The notes beneath the pieces were generated by a model. The model was not told where the DNA came from. It did not search any database and was given only the letters and a program-made list of their open reading frames with translations. From positions 24,999-88,998 of the forward strand of contig CAWIRC010000003.1 in NCBI GenBank assembly GCA_963838495.1: a stretch of 64,000 nucleotides of DNA, written 5' to 3'. Positions within the stretch are counted from its first letter, which is position 1. Every line of letters begins with the position of its first letter. Origin of the DNA: Pirellulales bacterium (lineage in GTDB: Bacteria > Planctomycetota > Planctomycetia > Pirellulales > Thermoguttaceae). This document shows, one piece after another, positions 51,112 through 63,128 of the stretch. A program made the translations under genes and the position numbers.

Positions 51112-53283
51112 ATGTCGATTGACGTAAACCAATGGTATGCTTGCCAAGTAGGGATGGCTCCAGGATATGGCACCGGGCTAAGTACAATGTTTGAACGTCC
51201 CGCAGTATTGAAGTTTGCACACCCACTTCCTTATGGTGCCATTGTACACGATGGGGGGGTGCAATTCGTGGTCTTTTCCCGCCGCGCAACGGCCATGCGG
51301 GTGCTTTTATACGACCATGTCTCAAGCCGCGAGCCTAGCCAAAGCATCGATTTCGACCCCGATTTAAATCGCTGGGGCGATATCTGGAGCATCTTTGTTC
51401 CGGGCGTAGGACCCGGTCAGCTTTATCATTATCAAGCCGATGGCCCCAACGAACCCGATAAAGGAATTCGCTTTGATCCCAATGCCCGCCTGATCGATCC
51501 TTATGCCAAGGCCCTGGCTGGCGATTTTTTGCCGGCCGACGACGGCCTGATCCGGCCGCCCAAATGCGTGGTCATTAGCGACGAGTTCGACTGGCAGGGC
51601 GACAGGCACTTGCGCCGCTCCTTGCCGGAGACGGTTATTTATGAAATGCACGTCCGCGGTTTTACCTGCTCGCGCACAAGCGGCGCGGATCATCCTGGAA
51701 CATACCTGGGAATAATCGAAAAGATATCGTACTTGCAATCCCTCGGCGTGACCGCCGTGGAACTCATGCCGGTGCATGAATTCTCGCCCGACATCGATTG
51801 CTTCGGCCACAAACAGCAGCGCCCGAATTATTGGGGTTACGATCCCTTGGCGCTTTTCGCACCGCATCGCGGTTATGCCGTTGGCCCGGAGCCGGGTTGC
51901 CAGGTGCGGGAATTCAAGGAAATGGTCCGGGCCCTGCACCAGGCGGGCATCGAAGTGATCCTGGACGTGGTTTTCAACCACACCGCCGAGGGCAATGAAT
52001 ACGGGCCCACGCTGAGCTTCAAGGGATTGGAGAATCGTGTTTATTACATGCTGGAAAACGGGGGACGAACCTATCGCAATTATTCCGGCTGCGGCAACAC
52101 CCTTAACGGCAACCACCCCATAGTCCGCGAATTGATATTCCATTGCCTCCGCTACTGGGTGCACAACTGCCACGTGGACGGCTTCCGTTTCGACCTGGCT
52201 TCCATTTTAAGCCGCGACCGCAACGGCGAACTGATCCCCAATCCGCCGGTGGTGGAATCCATCGGCGAAGACCCGCTTTTGGCCGATACGAAAATCATCG
52301 CCGAGGCCTGGGACGCCTCGGGCGCTTACCAGGTAGGCACCTTCGGCAGCATGCGCTGGGCCGAATGGAACGGACGGTACCGCGACGACGTCCGCCGCTT
52401 CTGGCGCGGCGACGAAAATATGGTCGGACCTCTGGCCACGCGCCTGGCCGGTTCCAGCGATCTTTACCAGTCCAGCGGCCGAAAACCGTACCACAGCATC
52501 AATTTCATCACCTCGCACGACGGCTTTACGCTGAACGACCTGGTAAGCTACAACGAAAAACACAATGAGGCCAACGGCGAAGGCAACCGCGACGGCGAAA
52601 CCAATAATTTCAGTTGCAATTGCGGCGTCGAAGGCCCCACCCGGCGCACGGGCGTTGAAAATATCCGCACGCGGCAAATCAAAAACATGCTGGCCACGCT
52701 CATGCTCAGCCAAGGCGTGCCCATGATCCTTTACGGCGACGAGTGCCGCCGGACCCAGGGCGGAAACAACAACGCATATTGCCAGGACAACGCCGTTTCC
52801 TGGTTCAATTGGTCGCTGCTCGAAAAAAACCAGGCCCTGTGGCGGTTCTGCCAGGCGCTGATCGCCTTTCGCCGCGCCGAACCTAGCGTGCGCCGCACGA
52901 ATTTCCTCTACGGCGAGCCCCCGCTTCCCAGCGGATTTCCCGACGTCACCTGGTCGAGTGCCGCCGGAGACACGGTCGATTGGACGGACGAGGAAAGCAC
53001 CTTGATTTGTCTGCTGGCCGCCGCGCTGCGGGAAAATCCGCTCTCACCGGAGAATCATCACCTGTTGATGATGTTCAACGCCGGGATCGACCCGCAAGAG
53101 TTTATTATTCCCGCCTCCGTGGGACGAATCGCCTGGCGGAAGTTCATCGACACCGCCGCCGAAAGCCCGGCCGACATCTATCCTTTACTGGACGGCCCGC
53201 CGCCTCCGCCTAATGGCCGAGTGTCGCTTGAAGGGCGCTCGATGCTCGTTTTCATCGCCCCCGATGAAACAATCGTGTTTTGA
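51112..53283 (+). CDS. glgX: glycogen debranching enzyme (GH13 isoamylase type)
   Basis: VILDVVFNHTAEGN, VDGFRFDLASIL, IAEAWDA and INFITSHDGFTLNDLVSYNEKHNEANGE. The start is uncertain (51112, 51154 or 51187). Confidence 0.9.
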   Translation: MSIDVNQWYACQVGMAPGYGTGLSTMFERPAVLKFAHPLPYGAIVHDGGVQFVVFSRRATAMRVLLYDHVSSREPSQSIDFDPDLNRWGDIWSIFVPGVGPGQLYHYQADGPNEPDKGIRFDPNARLIDPYAKALAGDFLPADDGLIRPPKCVVISDEFDWQGDRHLRRSLPETVIYEMHVRGFTCSRTSGADHPGTYLGIIEKISYLQSLGVTAVELMPVHEFSPDIDCFGHKQQRPNYWGYDPLALFAPHRGYAVGPEPGCQVREFKEMVRALHQAGIEVILDVVFNHTAEGNEYGPTLSFKGLENRVYYMLENGGRTYRNYSGCGNTLNGNHPIVRELIFHCLRYWVHNCHVDGFRFDLASILSRDRNGELIPNPPVVESIGEDPLLADTKIIAEAWDASGAYQVGTFGSMRWAEWNGRYRDDVRRFWRGDENMVGPLATRLAGSSDLYQSSGRKPYHSINFITSHDGFTLNDLVSYNEKHNEANGEGNRDGETNNFSCNCGVEGPTRRTGVENIRTRQIKNMLATLMLSQGVPMILYGDECRRTQGGNNNAYCQDNAVSWFNWSLLEKNQALWRFCQALIAFRRAEPSVRRTNFLYGEPPLPSGFPDVTWSSAAGDTVDWTDEESTLICLLAAALRENPLSPENHHLLMMFNAGIDPQEFIIPASVGRIAWRKFIDTAAESPADIYPLLDGPPPPPNGRVSLEGRSMLVFIAPDETIVF

Positions 53284-53313
53284 TGATCTATTCCCTCATA
53301 ATCTCATATTTAG

Positions 53314-53340
53314 CCCCCGGTGAATACACCGGGGGTTTTG
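53314..53340 (+). terminator. intrinsic terminator after glgX
   Basis: cccccggtg aata caccggggg followed by tttt. Confidence 0.75.
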
Positions 53341-53492
53341 CATGTATCTTTATCCCGCGTTACAAACATAACGAATCTTGACTTAAAAATTCCTTTTTGT
53401 TCTACTTATCGCTTGCGGCTCATGCCTGTAGGGTGCGTGAAACGCACCATTCCCAAACACGCTACGCGTGAATCGCTGCAAAAGGAATTTTC

Positions 53493-55818
53493 ATGGTACC
53501 GTGCAAAGTCAATTCCGTTCTCGAACTGGTTGGAAACACCCCGCTCGTGCGCATCAACCGCATGAATCCGGTTGCCGGCGTCGAGGTTCTGGCTAAGCTC
53601 GAAGTGCTCAATCCGGGCGGATCGGTAAAGGACCGCATTGCCTTAAGGATGATCGAGCAGGCCGAGGCCACGGGCGAACTGATTCCCGGCAAAATCGTGC
53701 TGGAGGCCAGTTCCGGCAACACGGCCATCGGGCTGGCCATGGTTTGCGCGGTCAAGGGCTACCAGCTACTGGTCACCATGAGTGAATCGGCCAGCGAGGA
53801 ACGCAAGCGGATTCTCAAGGCCTACGGCGCCCAAATCCTTTTAACCCCCGGTTACCGCGGCACCGACGGCGCAATCGAAGAGGCCTATCGCCTGGCCCGC
53901 GACGAGCCGGCAAAATACGTCCTCGTCAACCAGTTCAACAACGAGGCCAACTGGAAGGCGCATTACGACGGCACCGGCAAGGAAATCTGGCAGGCCACCG
54001 GCGGAAAAGTCAACGTCGTCGTCCTTGCCATGGGCACCACCGGGACGCTGATGGGCATAACCCGGGCGCTGCGCGACCTGAATCCGGCCGTGCGCGTGGT
54101 CGGCGTCGAGCCCTTCAAAGGCCACAAAATCCAGGGCCTCAAAAACATGAAGGAAAGCTACGTGCCGGGCATTTTCAAGCCCGAGGAATTGCACGACATC
54201 GTCCACGTCAACGACGATTCGGCCTACGAAACCGCCCGCCGACTCGCGCGTGAAGAGGGAATTTTTGTAGGTATGAGCGCAGGCGCCGCCATGAAGGTGG
54301 CCCTGGACGAGGCCCGCACCCTGGGCAAGGGCACGGTCGTCGCCCTTTTGCCCGACGGCGGCGAACGCTATCTTTCCACCTCGCTTTTCGTCTCCGATAC
54401 CGTGCCCGAGCCGCTTCGCTTCCACAACACCCTTTCCGGACAAATGGAAAAGTTGGAGCCTGTCTCGCCAGGAAAAGTCACCATTTATTCCTGCGGCCCG
54501 AGCCTGGACGGACCTCCCGACCTGGGCCTCTGCCGCCGGCTGGTCTTTTCCGACGTCCTCCGCCGCTATCTAGAATATCGCGGCTACCAGGTAAAGCACG
54601 CCATGAACCTGGGCGACATCGACGACCGCACAGTGCGCGAGTGCCTCAAAAGCGGAAAAAATCTCCGCGCTTTCACCGCCCACTGGGAAAAGATCTTCTT
54701 CGAAAGCCTGGATACACTCCGCGTCAAGCGGGCGCAGCACTACCCCAAGGCCAGCGAACACGTCGCCGACATGGTCGAACAAACCCGCGCACTGCTGGAA
54801 AAGGGCCTGGCCTACGAAAAACTCCGCTCCGTCTACTTCCGCATCAACAGCTTTCCCGATTACGGGCGGCTTTCCGGCATCGAGCCCAAGCGGATGCAGC
54901 TCGGCTTCATCGACCAACTACGACTATTACGAAAAGGACAATCCCGGCGATTTCGCCCTTTTCAAGCGCCCCACGCTGGCCGAACTCAAGGCCGGCATAT
55001 TCTGGCCCACTCCCTGGGGCAACGCGAGGCCGGGCTGGCACGTCGAGTGCGCCTGCATGGCCGTCGGTTGCCTGGGCCAGCCGCTGGACATCCACACCGC
55101 CAGCACCGACCTCACCTTTCCCCACGGCGACAACGAGATCGCCATCGCCCGCGGCCTGCAAGACAAACCCTTTGCCAAGCTCTGGATGCACTGCGAAGTG
55201 GTCATGGCCGAGGGGAAAAAAGTAAGCCGCGCCGCCGGCAACGATCTAACCCTGGCCGAACTCCTGGAGCAAGGCTTCATCGGCCCGGCAGTCCGCTACT
55301 GGCTCTTGGCCGCGCATTATCGCACCGTGCTGAACTACTCCGCCGTCGAACTCCAGCGGGCGGCGAATTGCGTCGCCCGGCTGAACGAGTTTGTCGCCCG
55401 GTTGAACAGCGTTGCCGGCGGCCGGCAGAGTCCGGAAGTCGGCCAGGCCCTGTTTGCCACCCGCGCCGCCTGGCAAGAGTCTCTGGACAACGACTTGAAC
55501 ATGCCCAAGGCCCTGGGCCGGCTCTTCGCCTTCATCCGCATGGTCAACCGCCTGCTTAACGGCGGCGAACTCGACGCCGACCAGGCCCGCCAGATCCTCG
55601 ATTTCATGCGCCAGGTAAATAAGGTCCTGGATGTCATCGATTTCCGCCCCGCCGAATCCGACGAAAGAATTTCCAAGCTAGTCGAAGCCCGCAACGCCGC
55701 CCGCCGCAAAAAAGATTTCCCCAAAGCCGACGCCCTGCGCCAAGAACTCCAGACAATGGGCATCCTCCTGACCGACAGCTCCTCCGGCACAAAGTGGAAA
55801 CGATCCGTCCATAATTAG
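53493..55818 (+). pseudogene. fusion of PLP-dependent cysteine synthase (CysK/CysM family) with a full-length cysteinyl-tRNA-synthetase-like protein lacking canonical HIGH/KMSKS; one frameshift in this assembly (~54905-54915)
   Basis: The N-terminal part has NPGGSVKDR, SSGNTAIGLA, GTTGTLMG and MSAGAA. With no intervening stop it continues LRFHNTLSG..IYSCGPSLDGPPDLGLCRR..DIDDRTV. After a +1 shift it reads NYDYYEKDNPGDFALFK..RPGWHVECACM..LDIHTASTDLTFPHGDNEIA..GKKVSRAAGN..ARRKKDFPKADALRQELQTMGILLTDSSSGTKWKR. Confidence 0.85.
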
Positions 55819-55931
55819 CGAGAATCAGTGTTCTTGAAACGCGTAAAGACGCGATTTGTTCGCATATTCATATAAACAAAAAGGGGTGACGGAATAACCG
55901 TCACCCCAATCATGTTTTTCAACTTATGGTC

Positions 55932-58900
55932 TTACCGGCTGCGGCGCCAGTAAATTCCCAGCCCCATGGCGGCCAGCATGAGCATTGCCCAAGTGGCCGG
56001 CTCCGGTACAGGAGAAATTCCTCCTGCAGCCGCGGGTTGCGGGCCGCCCGCGAGAGGATTAATTCTCAAGGTGGCCCCCGCGCCTATCGTCAAGGTGTTT
56101 ACCCTGACGGAATCGGCGGTTACGGAGGGCATAGCCGTGCCGTTGCCGATATTAAGCGTACCGGTGCCGGAGACTGCGTGCAGGGCAACAGTCGAGCCGG
56201 CTACACTATTAATCTGCAGCGTACCAGAGTTGACTGTGGTGTTGCCGCTGTAGTTGACAGTAGAGCTGGTAATGATCACGGTGCCGGGACCGGGGCATGT
56301 CAGGCCGCCCCCGCCCGTGCTGCCGATACTTCCGCTCACGGTCATTATCGCGAGGGGATTCGCGGCATAGTCGTCGCGTGCGCCGCCGGCGTTGAATTGC
56401 CCGCCGCCGCTGCCAAGGGAAACCGCTCCGGAAACCGTATTATCGGTGCTGGCGGAATTCGACAAGGCGTAGAGCTGGCCGCCATGTAGAAGCGCGACGT
56501 TCTTGGTCAAAGCCGTGGTGAGAACGTTCATCTGCAAAATCGACCCGCCGGAGTTCTGGCCCAGGGCGGTTCCGTCCACCGTAACCGTGCCCGCATTGCC
56601 GAGCGTGGTTGTGCCTTGCAGGCTTAATACGCCCTCGTTGACATCGACGCTGCCCAGCGCGGTATCAACGTTGGCGTTCACCAACATGATCTGGTTGTTG
56701 CCGACCTTGGTAAGGGTGTAGGCGTTTCCACCCGTGTTCAGGGTGGGGTTTCCGGATGATGCCCGCAGGGCCCAACGACCTATAAATTCACTGCCGGGCA
56801 AACCGGAATTGGTGGTGACGGTCGTGGACTTGCCTCCAATCGTCGTATTACCGCTTAAGGTGACATTGCTCACATCGTATTGAGTAACGAGCGGCGCGTT
56901 AACCGTATTGTTATTGACGATCGCGCCGTTGCTGCTCACGCCCGCGCCTTGCACGGTGATGGGTTTGGCATAAAGCTGATGGACGTTGAGGTCCAGGGTG
57001 GCTCCATTGCCGATTGTCAGCGCGGCGGATGAGCTGCCCAGGGCGCTGTCGTTGCCGAGGATAATTGAACCGCCGCTGATCGCTGTGGTGCCGGTGTAAC
57101 TGTTAGATGAGTTAAGGGTCAAGCTGCCCGAGCCCGATTTTGTCAGCGTGGTGCCGCCGCTTATTGGTCCACCGGCTAAAGTGTAATTATGGCTGGTGTT
57201 GTTGTCTACGGTGATCGCGCCCGGAGACACGCCCGTGGAAGCAATATTCACGGTAGTGTTCGCCGAGGAATTGTCAAAGGTGACCATGTCGGTGATGTAG
57301 AACACATCTGGATTAACCGCGGGCGGGCCGGGATTGTTCCAGTTTGCGGTTGATTTGACGTCCCAGGCGTTGGTGTTCGTCCCTCCTATCCAGGTCAGGT
57401 TGCCCACGGTGCCGGTCACCACCAGGTCGATGGAGTTGGTTGCCGGGTTTTTAGCCACGGCGTAGCCTTGCCGCGAGTCGATCAGCGGTATTGCCCAACT
57501 AGGCGAATTTTCGCTGATTGAGTTGTAATGGATCAACTGGTAGTGAGTGCCGCCGGTGCTGCCTTGCAAATAACCACCGACAATATTGACGGCGACGGCG
57601 GTGGTTCCCCATAGGGTCAGCCCCCCGCCGGTTACATTTATCAGGTCGTTTCCACTGGACGGATTGTTAGACAGATCCAGAGTGATCGTGCCCTCGCCGT
57701 TATACCCAAGCGTGAGCCCACCGGTAAAGGTAAGAACGCCGACCGATCCGGTGTTCGTATTAGCGCCGGAGCAATGTTGGTTCTATAATTGTCGGAAACC
57801 GCGCCGCTTATCGTGCCTGTGCCGGACAGGGTGGGAGGTACGGGGCTGGAGGAGTAGCCCATGACAATTGGGCCGGCCCAGGAGTTGGAGATGACCACTG
57901 TTCCGTCATTGTGATTCAAGGTGCCGTTAAACGTGTTGACGCCATTGAAGATCGCCGTGCCCGGCCCCAGCTTTGTTAAGGTATCCGAACTGCTGCCGCC
58001 GCTGTCGTTTTGGATCGCGCCATTGATGGTCATAACCACACCGGTGTAGCTGGCGGCGGAGTAATTGGCGATATCATCCCTCGAACCGCCGGTGTTAATC
58101 GTGCTGCCTTGACCGGATTGGTTAATGACATAGACAGCACCGCTAAGGGTGTTGTCGGTGGCCTGCGAGTTGCTTTGGGCATAAAGCATGCCGCCTTGCA
58201 GATGGACCTCCTTGTCCAACGCGGCGGCTAAACTGTATAAATTCAAGATCCCTCCGGATTCGACGGTAACTTTATTAGCCGGGTTGCCCAATCCGTTGGT
58301 GCCCTGCTGCAGGTTTATAATACCCTGCTTAATATCAACGTCGCCCAGGGCCGAATCGATCTGCACGCCCACGAACGATATCTGATTGTTGCCTACTTTT
58401 GTAAGTTTGTAGGCATTTCCGCCGGTGCTCACTTGAGCGAGCGTGGCCGTGGACCCCGTCATATCCCAGCGGCCGGCGTTGGGCGCACCAGGATAATTGG
58501 CATTGGAAGCTATCGTGGACTGGCCACCGAAAGTCGTATCGCCGACTAGGGTGATGAATCGCAAGGCATTTAGGGGAGTAGCGGAGGACTCGGTGTTATT
58601 ATTGACGATAGCGCCTGCGTCGTTTACGCCCGCGCCTTGGACGGTAACCGGCTCAGCGCCAGATTTCGGTTGTTTATATCCAGGGTGGCGCCGCTGGAGA
58701 TCGTGGTGCCGCCGACCGTGGTGCCCAAGGCGGCGTTGTTTCCGGGTTGCAGCGTGCCTGAGGTAATCAGAGTCACGCCGCTGTAGTTGTTCGACCCGGA
58801 AACTGTAAGGGTGTTGGTTCCTTTTTGCTCCAGGCTGCCCGTCCCGGATATTGCATTGGATAACGTTGTTCTGGTGGAACCGTTCTGGTAGAAAACCAAT

Positions 58901-61900
58901 TGGCCGCTATTGGAAATCGCGCCCGTGCCCAAGCTTCCATAGTTGTTGCCCGGGCCGTCGCCGATTTGCAATACGCCGTTGTTGATGGTGATCGCGCCGG
59001 TGAAATCGCTGCCGGCATTGACCAGGGTTAGAGTTCCGGTACCGGTCTTGTACAGCCCGGTGATGCCGGTGATCTTGAACCCGGCGAAAGTATAATTCTT
59101 CGTGTTGTTTTCGACGGTAATCGAGGACGGCGTCACGAAGCCGTGTGTTCCGTCGTCAGGGGCAATATTTACGGTGTTGTAGCTGGAGTTGTCATTGAAG
59201 GTGACGTCATCGAAGTTATAAAAATAATTATCCGGCTCAGAGCCGCTCCATATTTTATTCCCCGAGTCGAAGACGTCCCGAGAAGTTGATGAAGATCCGC
59301 CTACCCAGGTCAGGTTTCCGTTCGAGCCTATCACGCTCAAGTTGACCTGTTTGGGAGCGGTACCAGTGTTAAAGGTGATGTTGAAGGTCCGCCGTGTGAA
59401 TCCGGGTACGTTCAAGAGATTTAGTTGATTCGTGGTGCCGGTTATAGTTCCGCCGACATTCATCAGGCGATAACTGGGGTTGCTCGCCAAAGTACTTATA
59501 TTGGCTACATTAATATTGGTGGTCCCGGTAAGCGTCAGGTTGCCGCCGGCGCCGCTGCTGGCGACCAGGTTTATCAAGTCGCTTCCGCCTGTGGTTGCCA
59601 GGTCGTAATTGATCTGGCCGCCCCCGCTCAGCGCAAGATTGTTCATGGTAAGAGTGCCCACATCTCCGGCAGCAGCGGTTGCTCCCGGAGCGATGAGCAC
59701 GCCGGATGCGTCGGTGACCGTGCTAGTTGAGCCGGCAGCGCCACCGTGCCCGTCCCGGTCAAAGTAGTGGTGGTGCCCTGTGTGGGATTGTTAAACATCG
59801 TCAACGAACCCGCCATATAATTGTTGACAATTAAAGTTCCATCCTTGTGGTTAATGGTGCCCGCAAAGGAGCTGGAGCCCCCTAGGGTAATGCTGCCGGG
59901 CCCGAGCTTGGTCAAGACAGCCCCGCTCGGTTCGGTGATCGCGCCGTTAAGATACATTCTCGCAGCGGGGGTCCTGTAGGTCGTGTCGAGATCGGTCCGC
60001 ACGCCGCCGGCGTTTATTACGCCTCCGGTGCTTTCTACGGCTATCGGCCCAACGACCGTGTTCGCGCCGGTGGAATCGCCGGGGTTTAGAACGACATATA
60101 TAGCGCCGTTGTTTTTAAGCGTGATATTCTTGTTTAGGGGTGTGGTTAAACAGTCTAACTCCAAAACCGTGCCGAACAAGCCTGCATCTGTACTATTACC
60201 CGTCTGGCCGATACCCGTGCCGTCTACGGTGACGGTTCCCGCCGGGTTGCCCAAATTGGTTGATCCTTCCAAGCGCAAAATGCCTGCTTTTAAATTGACG
60301 TTGGCCAAAACAGTGTCAACGTTGGTGTTATACAAGACGATTAAATTGTTGCCGACCTTGGTCAAGTTATATGCATTTCCGCTCGTGGAAATGCTAGGCG
60401 GATTGTCCGCGTTGTACATCTCCCAGCGGCCGGCTGTAGAACTGGGCAAACCGGAATTATTGGTACTGGTCGTGCAAGTGCCGCCGAACGTGGCGTCACC
60501 GCTCAGCGTGATGCTGGGAAGATCGGCCGTGTGGCTGGTGATAGTACCGGTATATGTGCTGGTGGAATTATTCACGATTACGCCTAGGCCGCCCGCGCCT
60601 ACGCCGCTGACGGTTACGCTTCTACCCCCTAATGTGCCGTGGTTTATATCAAGCGTGCCGCCTGGGGACACGTCCGTGCCCCCGTTGATGACCAACGGGC
60701 TGCTGCCCAGCGCCCCGTCAGGGCCGAGCCTAAGTTTGCCCCCTGAGACAGTCGTCGTGCCCGAGTAGTCGTTGGACATGTTAATCGTCAATGTCCCTGT
60801 ACCTTGCTTTAAGAGGGTGGTGGTGCCGCTGATCCGATTGATCCCGGCGGTGGAGTTGGCGGCTATAACATAATCGTTGTCGGAATTTACCGTGATCGAA
60901 CTGGGATAAAACCCGGCCACCGCGCCGGTAATAGTGTTGTTGATATTGACAGTGGTCGCTGTTCCGGGTGTACCACCGGTAAAGTTCAAGGCGTCGAGGT
61001 CGTAATATTTGTCCGCGCCGGGAGGGGATCCGCTCGTCCAGTTGGAGGTCGTAGCCCAATCCCAGATCGCCGTAGTGCCCGCGGTCCCGGCCCACGTTAA
61101 GGTGTTCCCCGGAACGGCAGTGGCGATAGTGATATCAATACTGCCCGAGCCGTTATCAACGGGGTCATTAATTTTATTTCTGGTCGTGTTATTTGTTATC
61201 CAAGTGACGGCTCCCCCAGAGTTGTGCTTGGTTGTATAGGTAATCACGTGGTAGGTGCCGGTAGAAAAGGAAGTACCCAGCGGGGAGACACTCACATAGT
61301 TAGTGCCGCCGTTCAGGTAAAGATCGGTTGCGGCGACCTGGTCGTTGCCAGCGCCGCTGCTGGAGAATTCCGTATAGTAAGTCACACCGGCAGGCAATGT
61401 CAGATTGCTGACGTTGAAGGTGTTTGTGGCGGAGTTCCGCATGTCGATGGTGCCGTTGTAGTAACCCGTGTTGGTAATCGTCAGCGGTTCGGAATTAAGC
61501 GTGTAGTTGTTATTGACTCTGAAATTGGTGACGTAAAGGCCGCCCAAATTGGTGATGCTTCCACCGCTGACGGTAAAGTTGGTTATGGGAATAATCGTGC
61601 TGCCGTCGTATCCGATGTAGTTGCCCTGCATGTTGAGAGTGCCGCCGGTCATGGAAATATTGGAGTAGCTGCCGATAGATGGACTTTGAGGGATGCCGCC
61701 TGCCAGAATGTTTGCACCAAGGGTCACGGTTGCGGTGCCCCTGATATTCAGCGTGCCGGTCGAAATTCCAGCCGTCATGCCTCCCGAAGGCGTAGGCCCT
61801 TTTCCCAGTTTTATGCCGCCGGTGCCTACTATTAGATTTGCCGTGCCGTTGACATTAAGGGTGCCCTGATCTGCGCTACCAGTGCCGGTTCTATTAGTAT

Positions 61901-63128
61901 TTAAGTCTACAGTCATGTTACCAAGAATGATGCTGGTTGCATCGACGGTGCCGCCGTTGAAAGTTAATGTTCCTCTGCCGCCGTATGATGCATTAGTAGT
62001 AGTGGAACAGGTCGAGGTGCCCATTACGAGGGTTGAGACCTGGATGTCCGCGATGCCGCCCGTTAAATCCATTGTCCCATCGGCGATATTAGTGGCGCCA
62101 GTTCCATTACCCGTGTTGTCGCCAATGGATATTTGCGTCACGCGGCTGGTCCCGTCAATGCCGCGCATCTTTAAAGTAGGACTGGTGCCGCTATAAGCAG
62201 GATTGAACCGCATGACGGCGGTTTGCCTTCGCCCGGCAACATATACGTTCTGCACGTTTATCGTATTTGTCTGGCCTAGGTAAAGAAAAGTCGTTTGGCC
62301 CGTCGCATGGTTGCCTGCGAATCCGAGTATCAATCCCCCCTCGATAGTGTTGATGACAAAGCTATTGCCGGAATTAGTGTACGAGTTGGTGTTGTTCAAT
62401 GTAATTGTGTTCGTCTGGGCAAGGTACATTGTGCCGTTGGGGCGATCCACCATGGAGGTGTCTGTAGTCCCTGTAAAAGAGATTAATATCTGGTCCACGT
62501 TGGCATTAAAGGAAGAAAGTCCCGACAGATCGAGTACCGAGTTGTGCGTTCCGGCGGTTGGGTTGACCTGGTTGACTACAATGTCGCCGCCGGTGTTCCC
62601 GCTCGTGGAGCTGGAAATGTCCATTTGACCGCCGCCCGTGAATAGGGTCAATGAAGTGTCATTTGCGCCGGAGGCGGAGGCGCATGCCCATAACGAAGAA
62701 CTGCCGTCTACGCCCCAGGTCGAAGGAGGAGTAGCCGCGCCTGAAATCTTCATCAGAATGCTGGGGGCGACATCTGTGCATTGAGCGTTGAGCGTTGGAG
62801 CATAGATCAGAGATTTGATCGTAATGCTATGGTCCACTACATTGGTAATTGTGGGAGGAGGACCACTATATACTTGCGTTCCCGAGTTCCCAAAAGTCAC
62901 GTCATCAGTGTTGCCGGGAACAGAACCCGTGCTCCAGTTGCCAGTATTACTCCAATAGCCCACGCCACTGGCGCTTGTGCGGGTCCATGATACGGCAGCC
63001 GCCGAGGCCGGATAGGCCAGCGCCAAAACAATCGCGGCCGTAAGCATGAACCGCATTGCTCGAACGACCAATTTAGAATCGAAATTAAACATCTGACTAT
63101 CACGACTGATTTGTTTAGTCGGACTCAT
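55932..63128 (-). pseudogene. giant (~2400 aa) PEP-CTERM-anchored surface protein of autotransporter-associated beta-strand repeats; three frameshifts in this assembly
   Basis: The ATG at 63128 has AGGAG 7 nt upstream. The signal peptide is MRFMLTAAIVLALAYPASA. GTGTLTL/NSYTGTT-type repeats run throughout. The C-terminus is PVPEPATWAMLMLAAMGLGIYWRRSR. The four ORF pieces join by hand translation at ~59741, ~58660 and ~57767. Confidence 0.85.

Noticed and set aside
57760-59745. Frameshifts in the giant surface protein read as phase-variation switches.
   Set aside because: The affected runs are only 2-3 nt long, with no homopolymer or short tandem repeat tract of the kind used for slipped-strand switching. 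Similar 1-nt breaks occur in housekeeping genes.
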